In this document: piece by piece, positions 26,770 to 38,129 of the stretch
Layout: each line of letters opens with the position of its first letter
Position numbering within the stretch: the first letter of the stretch is position 1
Assembly: GCA_973895155.1 (NCBI GenBank)
Contig: OZ316891.1
Coordinates: 12,584,771-12,648,770 of the forward strand
Reading direction: 5' to 3'
DNA from: Marsupella aquatica
Lineage: Eukaryota; Plantae; Marchantiophyta
DNA length: 64,000 nt
Position numbers and translations under genes: made by a program
Notes under the pieces: model-generated
Told to the model about the DNA's origin: nothing
Database searches by the model: none
The model's input: only the letters and a program-made list of their open reading frames with translations

Positions 26770-27721
26770 CTCCCAAGCTGATAATCCAAGTCAAACAATT
26801 CAAATCCATTGCTTGACCAAGAACCTGGCGCCGCAAACCCTCTGACACAGAGGCAACTGCAATGGTGCCAGTCAAAAATCCCATAGCACGCTCTCTCTCA
26901 TCAGCAGTAGGCTCCACTAACTGCTGGAGAGCTGTGTCCCATACAAGTCCAGGGCCACCTGCTCTGAATGCATATGAAGCAGAGTGGCTTACAAGAGTGG
27001 GTAATGCACAACGTGGGCACCCAACTGCATTGACCATTGCCAATGGAGGTCTATCAGGTTGGGTCACACCCTGTGCACGATGCCCTGGATCCAAAATATC
27101 ATCCACCACTAAGGCTGGTGAGCGTGGAATGCTGTCAAATGCGCGCTTCAGCACCTCACATGGGATCAAATTAGTCCACCATAAGCATGGACGATGTGCA
27201 CGAGAACCCACACGTGCAGCATCCAATAACACAGCAGGTCCAATCCAAGACCTCACCAGGTGAACACTGGCAACAATCCGACTACGATCATCACCTAACA
27301 ATGGCACATTCTCCAAAATGTATGCTGGAGACTGTGTCTGATGTAGCTGGAGGTGACGCAGCACCCGTAACATCTCCCAAAACAATGCAGAGCGTGGATC
27401 ATGAAGTCCATGCCCAATGCCAGCTCTAGATTGGCCCTGACATGGCCAACCAGCAATCACCAAATCAATGGGGCCAACACGATGTAGATAATCCGCCCCC
27501 AACAATGAAATATCAGCAGGTAGTGCATGCTGATAACCACGAACAGCATCCACTGGCAGCAACTGTGGATATCTATCCACCAACATAGCCACATATCGCA
27601 ATGAGACCCTCCGTGTTGTCTCATCTGTCTCCACATACAAATAACGATGCACAGGAATTCCTGCCTGAAGAACAGCAGCCAATCCAGTGCTAATCCCACC
27701 AAAAAGATCCAACAAACAAAT
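26770..27721 (-). other. C5 cytosine DNA methyltransferase domain, DNMT3-like, embedded in Pol
   Basis: Motif I LDLFGGISTG; II YVETD; IV GPIDLVIAGWPCQ (Cys 27440-42); VI YILENV; VIII DAARVGSRAHRPCLWWTNL; IX ERERAMGF; X RRQVLGQAMD. Canonical I-X order. Confidence 0.93.
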
Positions 27722-29405
27722 ATCCTTCGGTGGATACTGCCAAGCAATAGGAGTGGTATCCAATGGTGAAAGAGTCACAGGTCCATCTGCAAGAGACTGC
27801 TCTGCTCCTGACTGTGGTGTAAAAGCATGACGCCATGCATCATGTACCAATCGTGCTACTGCCTGTGGCAAGGCTTGTGCAGTGCCCCACACTGGTGGCA
27901 CAACACTGCCAACAGGTGATCCTCGCATGATGTGCTCCTCATGAGACTCCTCCAATGGTGGAACATCGGCTGCATGCGCATTACCCTCAATCAAATCATC
28001 AGGTCCAGCAATTACACCACTGAATGTTGCCAAAGACAATGGTGTGGATTTAGGGTCTCCCATAGGTCCACTAAATCTCACTGGCAATTTGCTCAATCGA
28101 GCATCTCCTGACTGCCAATCAGGTCTATATGACACTGATTCCTCCCAAAAATCAAGAATAAATCCCATGGGGTAGAGCACTGTACATCCCACCAACACAT
28201 CATATGACTCTGCCTTAGTCAGAATAGCTCGCGCCTGTATCTGTGAGCTATCTGTGGTATGACCTTCCTGAATCCTCAAATCAAGTGGTCTCCTGGTGAT
28301 ATGCTGTGTAGGTGTAGGTCCCCCCAATGAAGTCTGAATGGGAAAGGGACAATCCTCCAAATCCTCTGGACGCAATCCCAATCCACGTATGGCAGACTTC
28401 CCCAACATCAAGGGCTGAGCACCAGTATCCAGTAACACTCTCTCTGGCTGGTATACTGCTCCAGAAGGCCCAACTAATCGGAAGATACCACTCCGATTAT
28501 CCAATGACACAACACTAGGTTTAAACCTAGTCCTCTCAAATGCAGGGCGTGCTGGTAAATCCACCAACCTCGCTGCTGCTACATGCCATGTCTCACTAGT
28601 AGCAGTAGGTGGCATGGTCTTCACTGCATCAACACTGCAAGTTGCTTCTACATGGGAAGCAACCATTGGAGTGTCCTCACAGAGTGTAGCTGCCAATCTG
28701 AACACTTATGCAGGACCAACTCTCAAGTTCAGCATGTCTGTCGCTGAAAATAATGGGGTGCGTACTATGGCAGTAGCCACCCCCAGCAAGGTACCTGTCA
28801 TCCCTGCTGCATCACTACCTGATTCTGCCAACTTACCCACATCAGGGTTTGTCCGTACTGGGTTCATAGAGGCAGTCTGAACTGTCTCTGACAATGTAAA
28901 AGACTGAGGAAGCTTTGTCTGCCGACGTGCATCCCCCCTTTGTGGATCTAACTCCACTACTGCTCCTCGGGGCTCAAGAGCTTTGGCTGCCCCACGTGTC
29001 AAAGCTGTTGATGCATCAATATGTGCAGTGCCACACATGAATCCCATGGTGGCAAGGTCTCCATCAGCTCCATAAGATGTGGAAGGACCATGGGATGTGG
29101 AAGGTCCATAGGATGTAGATGCCCCATCACCAGAATTAGGTCTCACCTGGGAACTAGCCATGGCAGCTAGTTGTTGCTCCAATTGAGCAATCTTAGCATC
29201 CATTGGATCTATGGTTATAGCAGGGGCAGCGTCACCTCCCTGTCTCCCTGCATGTGGCATGCCACGACCACGTCCACCACCTCTACCTCCTCCTCCTCTT
29301 CCCTGATCATGTGTACGGGATCCTCCTCTCCGTAACTCAGGGTGGAGTGAGAAACACCTATCCTTGGTGTGTCCAAGAGCTCCACAGTGATCACACTGTC
29401 GCTGA

Positions 29406-30383
29406 TCAGGCGCATGCTCCCCCTGATCCTCTATGATCTGGACAATATCTCTGTGCATGATCCCCACCACAGGTCCAACATCCTGACTGCTGTCCAGCAT
29501 AAGAGGGCACAGGTCTCTGGCTGGTAGACTCTCGTGTAGTAGGCTTCTCCCTCTGGCTCTTCCGTGCAGTAGGCTGTGGTGTGGATGTAGATGCAGCCTT
29601 TGGTGCTTCCTTGGCAAATCCGAAAGTCACCACCTTCTCATTCACCATATTGAGCTCAATGCGCTCAGAAAGGGTGAAAACAACTGCTAATATGGGATCT
29701 GCATCCCTAAGCAGAGTGACATCTCTCACTCTGCATCGCAATTCTCTGTCCAGAATTGCATACCAAAACTGGACTGCCTGAGCCTCTGTCACTCCCTTGG
29801 TGACAATGATCAATCTGCGCATACGTGTGTATGCCTCACGTAGGCTCTCTCCAGTCTTGCGTTGGAACTCTTGAAGACCCTTCAACTTATCAGTTCTCAC
29901 ACCCTGATAGTTCTGCTTCAGTACCTCAAAGAATTCCACCACAGGATTAAATGCTGGCGCAACTCCAGTTCCTGTCACAATCACACCGGCAGGAGTAGTG
30001 GTGGATGCTGCTGGAGTGCTGGTGGTGGATGGTGTGCCACTCTGGCTAGTGCTGCTAGAAGAAGCAACAGCTGTGGCAATTGGTTGGGCAGCCGCACTAG
30101 TGCCATAGGTGATGGACACGTAATTAGGCGACCAATGCTGCCTCCATGCCTCAATCTCAACCAAATGAGCCTTCCGAAACTCATGGTAGTCATCCATGGG
30201 TGGCCCCTCCAAATGCTGGAATAATCCCTTCCATGCCATGAAAGGGGTAAACAACGTGACATTACGCAATGTCTGCATATCGCACCACGTATCAAACTCC
30301 TGGATGAAGTCATCCAGATCAATTGTGCCAACTGCACCAGAGTATCGTCGTGGGCCCTTTGTAGCCCCGTACATCTCGTCCAT
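29406..30383 (-). pseudogene. Gypsy gag (retrotransposon gag domain plus CCHC knuckle); frameshifted relative to pol near 29440
   Basis: LQEFQRKTGESLREAYTRM (major-homology-like QxxxESLxxY) and CWTCGGDHAQRYC. First ATG at 30383. Confidence 0.8.
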
Positions 30384-31124
30384 ATCCCACAACAAAGGTG
30401 CAACCACCTGATGATGAGGAGAACTGGTCACTGAGTCCTCATCAGAATCACTGTCTGAAGCTGCACTGCTGACTGCTACCAATGCCGCTGGCCGAAACTG
30501 TGCCCCACTCTGAGTGAAACCGGTCCGTCGTCCATCGGGTAATCCAGCAGCACCAGAAGAATCCGTGGTGACCAACCCTAACCTAATCTATGTGCTAACC
30601 CTAAGGGCAATCTATCCTTGTCAGCACCACAAGCACTCACCATGGTGTGTTGGGCATCACTCCAACATCACCAAGAGAGAAATACACAGCACACTAGAAT
30701 GTCCAGTTGCAAACCCGGATCACTCCTATGGAATCAAGCGCCCACACGAAACTAACATGGCGCATAAACAGGAAACATGTGTGAAGAGGATCCAGAAACA
30801 AGAATGGATACCATTCAACTCTCCACACAAAAGCAAATGCAAAGCAATATGACAATGTGCATAAGGTTCAAGGAAGAGCCTTCATAATAGGCTTCACAAT
30901 GGCACTCCAATGTTGTAGATGAGAACCAAGGCAAAATTGGTTCAATTTGTGAGTCTAGATGGACTCAGAAGTATCAAAAACCCTAAAACAGCCTCTGATT
31001 TGGCCTAGAATAGGCCTCTAAACAAACCGGGAAGTGTATAAAGCCCCCTGGCGCTTGAATCTAAACAACAAGTTGTCAAAGCTTGTGTGTACACAAGGTG
31101 GGATGAGAACTTGCCAGTTAAGCA

Positions 31125-31675
31125 CTCGCGGCTGGGAATAGCCCCGGGATGGGTGACCTCCTCGCGCTCGACCTTGTGCCTCCCCTCGCGCTCACGGCCC
31201 GGAATAGCCCCGGGATGGGTGACCTCGACCTCGCGCCTGCCTGCGCTCGCGATGGGTGACTTCGCGCTCGCGGTTGGGAGCACTTTCGGGATGGGTGACC
31301 TCACGCGTCGCCTCGCGCGAGCACTTTCGGGATGGGTGACCTCGTGCGCCTCACACCTGACCCCAAAAACGACTACTTCCTTCACGAAAAGTTCCCGAAA
31401 ACTGTTGATTTCCTTCATGAAAAACGCAGCCCTTCCACAGAATTGGCAGCAGCTTGATTCAACACCTTTGACCCTCGTTTCTTTCACTGAAACGATGATA
31501 CCGTCGCACGCGGCATTGGCAGCTCCGTTCCTTCAGGAAAAGAGCCGTCGTTTCACCTGCGCCTTGCCAACATCGTCCAACAATAGCCGGCAATCAGATC
31601 TGAAGCCCCACAGTAGTCGACAATCAGAATTGAAGCCTCACAGTAGCCGGCAATCGGATCTGAAGCCTCACGGAT
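31125..31675. repeat. Tandem repeats in the 5' non-coding region of the Gypsy-DNMT element
   Basis: (G)GATGGGTGAC(C/T)TC five times in CG-rich context at 31145-31345; 30-bp unit CAGTAGCCGGCAATCAGATCTGAAGCC(C/T)CA three times at ~31580-31670. Confidence 0.8.
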
Positions 31676-32271
31676 CGACTTCCATTGTCCAACATCTACT
31701 CAACATTCGCTTTCCTCCACGAATCATCAATCGACCTCCAACTCAAAACCTGTCACCAATCACAGATCTGTACATCGATCGGGAAGCAGGCCGATCGGAC
31801 AACAACGATACAGGTCAAGATACCAACAATCTGTTCGATAACAACACACGATCCGAGCTACCACGAACCGTTGACAACTCAATCAATCGAACTTCTATCC
31901 GCACAGTCCGTACAACAGATTTCGAATGTGATCTTTCAATGTAATCTCCATACAATCGGCACAACGATCTCGGTCAACAATACCCCATCGATCCCGCACC
32001 GATCCGATCACACACGTATGTCAAGCCAACACACCTTGCACTACTCAAGGAATCCACGTTACACAAGCGGAGCTCACAGCCACCATAGCCACACTCAAGC
32101 TCCTCTCTCTCCAAGGCTCAACATTGAAAGATGACCTTTCAATGCCTCACAAGTGAGAAGTACCCTCTCACACAAACCTGACAGAACCTTATCGGCTCCA
32201 ATAGCACTCATACCAAACGTACATACTCTAATAGCACGATATACTACTACACTACTCAGAATGGTGTGACA

Positions 32272-34090
32272 AATTAGTCAGTAGTTAATTGCCTTGAAGA
32301 AAAGTCCGGTGTCATCTGTAACAGCTAATGGCAGAGGTGACTGTCATCAACCAGTCTCATCATTTGTAGGCTGCCTTCAGCAATGTTCTTCTTGATAAGA
32401 GCCATCAATTGGCTCTGAACAGAAGCCAGGGAAGACAGTGGACAGCCTTGTCTCACACCCCTCCAGAGATGAATGGGCTCAGTGAAATCACCATTTATGT
32501 GTACTTTGGACTAAAGCTTTCCACTAAGCCCTGAACCAGGGAACTGACTTTGTCATCAAAGTTCATTGCTTTCATAACTGCCCACAGAAATGAGTGGTCC
32601 ACCCCATTGTATGCCTTTATGAAGTCCAATTTCAGGAAATTTAGTTGCTTCTTGTTGATAGTGGGGAGCGCCTGTCCCAACGTGAATGTCAGAAAATTGT
32701 CAATTATGTCCCTCCCTTCCAGAAAGCCTGTTTGCTAAAGAGTCCACAAGCTTGCTTGCAATCTTCTTCATTGGGCTAGCTAGGAGCTTAGCAAAAAGTT
32801 TCTCTGTCAAGGTGAGCATGGTAAGGGGTCTTCAGTTGCTGAGTTCCACAACCTCCTGGTTTCGGGGAACCAGTTTGATGACTCCCGCCTTTGCCTTAGT
32901 GGTGAGTTAATCATCACTCCAGTAAGCCTGTATCATTTTGATACAGGCACACTTCATGTAATCTCATCCTTTGACAAGCAATTTGGCGGTCACCCCATCC
33001 ATGCCTGGGACTTTCTCTTCAGATAAATAGAAAACCAACCTTTCTTGTCTTCACTTGGGGGTAGGGCAATAGCTTGGTTGCCAACTTCCTCTTTGATAAA
33101 CTCAAAGCCCTTTGTCCCGCATGGCTTGATGGTCTGCAATTGGGGATCCCTCAAGTACAGTTTCAAATAGAATCTGAAAATCTCTTTGAGGATTGCATCC
33201 TCATCTTCATTAATCTCACCATTTGTCATTGTCAGCCACCGTTTGATGCTCTCCCGGGCGTTTTTGGCCTGGAGTTGATTGAAGAAAATTTGCGTGGGTG
33301 TTTCCCCTAATTGCAGCCATCGGGCCCTGCTCTTGCATCTCAGCTTCGTCTTTGGCTTGCTTTCCTCTACTGTCCCCCTCCTTCATGAGCTCGTCCGGGT
33401 CCACCTGAGCGGGAGAGCTACTGACTGCCTCTCGTGGCCACTGTAAGTTGTTCCCTGGGTGATTATTGTCCCTGTTTTCTTTCAGTTTCCATTTCTCTAC
33501 GTGAAGAAACCGTTTCACTGCCCCCCATGCCAAGTCCCAGTTCCCCCTGGGGTACCATGCCAGCTCTCAATTATGTGTCTTAACCAGATATCTTCCACAG
33601 ACTTCTCCGCAGGAGAGTCGATTAGAGTTTTTTCCATTTTCAAGTATGTAATCTTCCTCTTCTATGCTGGCTTTTTTTTAAACCGCCACTAGCCATATAA
33701 AATGGGGAAGTGTCCAATACTTCTCTATTCTTCTCCTTTCCTGTCCCACATTGCTCCACAAATTCAAGAAAGGATACTATTTATGGTGAAATCAGGTTTT
33801 TGTCATGGCTAGTGGTGGTTTCAGTATGAAGGTGATGGTGACCAGAGTGTGACCTGAGAGGGTTTCCTTTCTGTTGCAAACACAAGATTGAATGTAATTG
33901 CACCGCTGATTTCTATTGCTGCTATAGTTTTGGTCTAGCCAAGATTGGTCAAATTGATGTGCATGAGGAGCTTGCCGAGTAAAGTGTGGGCCCAACCGGG
34001 TGCCAGCACACAAGAAGGAGATTACCGTACTCCGTTGGAAGAAGGAATGAATTCGCACTCTGACTTGCAACATAGATGACTTCAAACTCA
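32272..34090 (-). pseudogene. Decayed LINE (L1/Tx1-like) ORF2: endonuclease end plus RT, proximal part
   Basis: QSWLD..YSS and LSGH (endonuclease end); ILKEIFRFY; FLKLDFIKAY..VDHSFLW; GVRQGCPLS (32440-70); TDDTGLFF next to the insertion site. Confidence 0.85.
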
Positions 34091-36622
34091 ATGCAGAAGA
34101 AGAAGAAAGAGCTCTAAAGAAGGGGAAGATGAGGAAGAAGAAACACTTGATTTGTAAGACGACTGTTAGTTGTCAGACCTGACAATGGACTAAACAATGG
34201 AAGCAAAGTGAGGAAGGAAGCAAGCGAGGAAGGAAGCCAGGAGAGGGAAAATAAAATGACGACAATGAATAAAAATTGTCAAAAGATGTGTTGTTTAGTC
34301 CAGGAATGGAAAGGAAGATGCATAATTTACATAAGACAAAAATGAAGCATGTTCCCCCATGCCCATACTATATTTGAAAGTGGAGGGCTTTTCTGAAAAA
34401 ATGAGTATCTTTGGCTGCAAATGGTTAATGATATCCTGGATTTTTGCTGGTTGACAGTTGTTCAAATCTTTTTGGATCTCTTCCTATTTTCTGAAGTGAC
34501 TAGTGAGTCAGCCCTCTTTTTTGCTTTTGTAGTTCAGGTGCTTTTTTCCTGTGGGTGTGGGACAAGTTGTTAAGGTGCACCAGTAGTTACAGTTGTTCCC
34601 TTTTCCATCTTGGCTAACTGCCTTCAGTCTTTGCGTTGTCTACAGCCTTTGACCTTCTTCTGGTCGGCATGTGACTCCCGGTTTGTATTGGGCTTTACTT
34701 TTCATTTACGTAAAAGGTTAATTTCAAGAAAAAAGAAATAATGAATGAGAATGAATTATAATCCACCCTGCTGACAGGACATGGTGGTTGATTAACACCC
34801 CCTTTACTGTTCCTTGGAATCATCCCCTTTACTGTTACAATGTGACGATACTATCTTGGTCGGACCCATCGCTAAAATTGAACTTTCGTTCAACAAATGA
34901 TTATGGCTAATAACTTAAAGCACAAATATGAAGCAAAATAATATTCACATGTTGATGACGTGTATACTATAGAGTGCTTTAATCAAGATTAAACACAAGT
35001 CGAGATTTTTCAGAAAATCAACTCCATCTCATAATCCGATGTGTAACAGAAAAGAAAACATCTTAATCGAGTATACGAATAAAAAGACAACTTCATAACT
35101 CACTATACAGGCCATCTGGTGTTAAAAAGACAATCCATAAGTAGAGACTGTCCTATGGGACTAGAAAAATCCATAACCTGCCGTCTGTGCTCCCCATGAT
35201 TTTCTTGGGTATCGATGTAAGTTTAGGTTTTTCCTTTTTGCCAGTGCATGGCCAATGTCACCTTGTGAGAAGGAGCAGATGCTAACGATATTCCTTACTT
35301 AATTAGATTATTTTTTAGGGTCAGATTCCTTAAAGTTAAGGATGGCTGATATAGTATAGTATACATGTTCATTCTGGAACAAGTTTCATTTTTTGTCTTG
35401 TAGTGATGTATAAGTGACTATTGCATAGCATTTGATAGGATTGAGTGGGAAAATATAACACAAGCCAAATCAAAATACATGTTAGAGAATGACAGGTAAA
35501 AGTACAAGTGCACAAGTCTTGAAAAATAGTGCACCTAAGGTACAGATTCTCACTTGTTCTAATGACACTAAAATCAATCAAAAATTGTCTCGCATGTTTT
35601 TAATGATACTCAAATCAATCAAAAATTGTGCAAATAATGTAGGAAAGATTCTCCCTTACCTTAGGTAATGATAATAAAAACCATAAGCCTAGTAAACAAA
35701 AGTTTGAGGAGGACTTAATGCAGGAAGAGTCCTACTCCTCAAAGTATAAATTCTCTCTCATTCACCAGATTTGGCAGAAATTCCATAAAATCTGTGAAAG
35801 GGGGTGAATGCACTGTATTAAAAACTAAATGTAGTGGGGAATGAGAGCCCTAGCTAATAGGAAGATAAAGAACATTTAGAGGGGTGCCAAAGTAATCTCA
35901 ATTCAAAATTATACAAGTGGTGCAACGTGTTCAGATGCTTTAAAGTAAAATTATATGACAAATTTCTTAGGAAGACAAAACTTTGAAAAGTGGATTGGTA
36001 GTGTCAAAATTCACAATCTTGATTAGAGATCTGAGTTATGGGTATAGCCGAACACAGATTAAGATGGCTGAGCCTGATAGCAAGAGCTTGAAACAATTGG
36101 TACTGGATCTTGAAGCCCGTCATGAAGGTTTGTGAGGAAATTTTTAAAAGATTTGAGGGTGAAAGTCTTGTTCAACTTCAGTCTAGTTGTGCAAAATGGA
36201 GAGGTCTCTTGCTGATCCACACTCCTGGTTGGGAACCAGAATGGACAGGGTTGAAAATGTAACTTCCTGATACTCTACAAAATAAATACATGTTATAAAG
36301 CTTTTCACAAAATAAATATATTTTACAATCACATCTTTCTGTAACAAGATCGTCTATGCACTGCATGCAATGCAATAGACCATAAAACTTCAATCTCACA
36401 ATAATGCTTTTCCATTCATCAAGTCTTTTGTCAAGGAAAGTGTTGTCAAGCTTGACAACACATTCCTTGACAACAGAAATTGGGGACAAAAATCCAAGGC
36501 AGCCAATAAATTGGTGCAAATGTGCTCAGCCACTCTTGCTGGGCATGGGGTAGGTCCACAATGGATTGCAATCGGTGGGGGATACTGCATGCCATTTGGG
36601 CACCGTCAACACTCTAGAGTAC

Positions 36623-36887
36623 CAGAAGCTTGGGTATTTTTGGCCAAAATTTGCCAAATTGCACTTTCCCAAAGAGCTTACGCCCACTTCCTGCAAAAGA
36701 TTGCTAATTTTTACTGTCTTATTAGCCAGTGCCCCACCTAATTGCATCTAACGGTCATCCTTAAATCTAGGGAGATCTGATGGTCGGGAAAATATTCAGA
36801 TAAGGAATATTTGGAGCGTCTTCTCCTTCACACTCTAGACATTCGCCAATCTTGCAAAAAAGTAAAAACCTTAAAAACTAAGCTGGT
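36623..36887 (+). mobile_element. Degenerate copy of the hAT-type MITE family (see 47783)
   Basis: Shares ATCTAACGGTC..CCTTAAATCTAGGGAGATCTGA.GGTC and TCTTCTCCTT..CACT.T..ACATTCGCCA with 47783-48050. No TSD recognisable. Confidence 0.65.
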
Positions 36888-37329
36888 TGGGATGCTGGTA
36901 TTTACCCTCTCTCTCAAAGACAGCATATCCAACTAGGGCTTGTGGACCAAAGAAAATTTGTTGGATATACGAGAAATATGTATAAGGAAGCAGGATAATA
37001 TTGCTTTACGTCTAGACATATTCTCACAAGGGTCACCCCGGGGGTCACCCTTGGTCAACTCCCATTGTCGCATAACAATGACCATTAACTGACCAAGAGA
37101 CTGAGTTATAAACGACCATTGTTATAACTGACCATAATAGGCCTAAGAGAGTAAAACTAAAGGAGAACTCTCTTAAACCGCAAATTCGACTACAAAGGAC
37201 TCCGGGTTAGACTCCGGGTAACCCGGAGTCCTCATTAATACGTGCATCGAGTGACCCTTCATTGGGAAGCGCAGCTGCGCCTCTCCTGAGCCATTCAATT
37301 TTTACTTACTGCTGCGCCCATCCTATGCC

Positions 37330-37800
37330 ATCCGATCCGATCTATGGCTCAAAACGTAGATCTCAGTGAGATCTACGTCTCACAAAAAAATGAGACAAAA
37401 AGATTTAATATTTCATGAGAAAATATCAAAAAACAAACGGTGAAATATGATAGGTCGAATTCAAATTTTGAATTTTGGGGGGAAGAGGAGATCTGAGCCG
37501 TCTGCCCTTATCATCTTTGTGAATCTCATCCGTCCACTTTAGTAGGGGATCTATGGCTCAGATGAAAGATCTCAATGAGATACGGATGGGTGTTTTTCAT
37601 TTTGAAAATGGTTGAATAGTTTTCAAATGAAAACAAATCCAAGCATTCCTGGCCGTTGATTCTGTCTCTACTGAAATCTATACCATTGATTGCTTTTGGC
37701 TAATAAAAATATTTTTTGTCCACATAAAAAGGTAATCTAGGGCACAAATGAAAGATCTCGAGGAGATCTATGGCCTGGTGTTTTCCGTTTCAAAAATGAA
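37330..37800 (+). repeat. AGATCT-rich dispersed repeat, homologous to ~46060-46385
   Basis: GATCTGAG.CGTCT, ATCTATGGCTCA...GAAAGATCTCAA, TTTTCAAATGAAAA..AAATCCAAGC.TTCCT.GCCGT are shared. Confidence 0.7.
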
Positions 37801-38129
37801 TACATATTTCTTGGAATAAAAATAAATTAATTTTACTGTTTTCTCCTCTTTCTCCTCCCCGATACTTTCTTTCACTGAAGTTTGATACTCCTTTATGGCC
37901 GTACTGTCCCACAGCTCCTTAAATAACTAATCAAATCCAACGGCTGTGGATCTTTCCCGCCCAAAAACTTTTTTGTATATGGACGAAGGATGAAAAATGG
38001 CGGGATCCCTTATTATAGTTGTAGATTTTTGGTGTCATTTTCACTGCCAAAAAAAATTTAAAAATACCCAAACACATAGTGAAAATCATGCCACGGCATT
38101 GATGACAAGGTCTCATGCAAGGGGCACAC

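Larger units (their letters stand above)
23462..29440 (-). pseudogene. Gypsy pol polyprotein (2nd zinc knuckle-PR-DNMT-RT-RNaseH-IN-PHD), one frame broken by six stops
   Basis: Track ORFs 28706-29617, 26618-28705, 25850-26542, 25541-25843 and 23579-25522 all share one frame. Motifs: LLDTGA (D at 28427-29); RMCGDYRPIN, LDLRAGYHQ, LPFGLKNAP, YIDD; HTDWS/YEGECLA/TDHQPL/ADGLSR; HEDLGH..CVVC, SLDFAG, TDQGTEF. Confidence 0.93.
23151..32271 (-). mobile_element. Ty3/Gypsy-type retroelement encoding a DNMT3-like C5 methyltransferase and a PHD finger
   Basis: Termini TGTC...GACA with 4-bp TSD AATT (23147-50, 32272-75). Both flanks are the same LINE RT sequence. Domain order gag-PR-DNMT-RT-RH-IN-PHD. 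Confidence 0.9.

Noticed and set aside
26618-28705. The DNMT as a stand-alone host gene, bacterial restriction-modification methylase or contaminant
   Set aside because: It is in frame with a retroviral-type protease and RT inside TSD-bounded element ends. There is no cognate nuclease, and the flanking genes are intron-containing plant genes.
30610-30730. Weak word matches to 23180-23295 as a 5' LTR
   Set aside because: Only short gapped matches in A/C-rich sequence, with no TG...CA ends or adjacent PBS. Far too divergent compared with the well-preserved pol.
31087-31944. 285-aa plus-strand ORF as an env-like or accessory gene
   Set aside because: Non-ATG start, built largely from tandem repeats, no recognisable domain or transmembrane segment. 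Kept only as part of the leader finding.
35900-36520. Possible transposase remnant (also ~500-1750)
   Set aside because: Coding-like in composition, but I could not identify any diagnostic motif.
37030-37257. GGGTCAC/GTGACCC ends with an internal GGACTCCGGGTTA..TAACCCGGAGTCC hairpin as a MITE
   Set aside because: The TIR is only 7-9 bp and there is no matching TSD; insufficient support.
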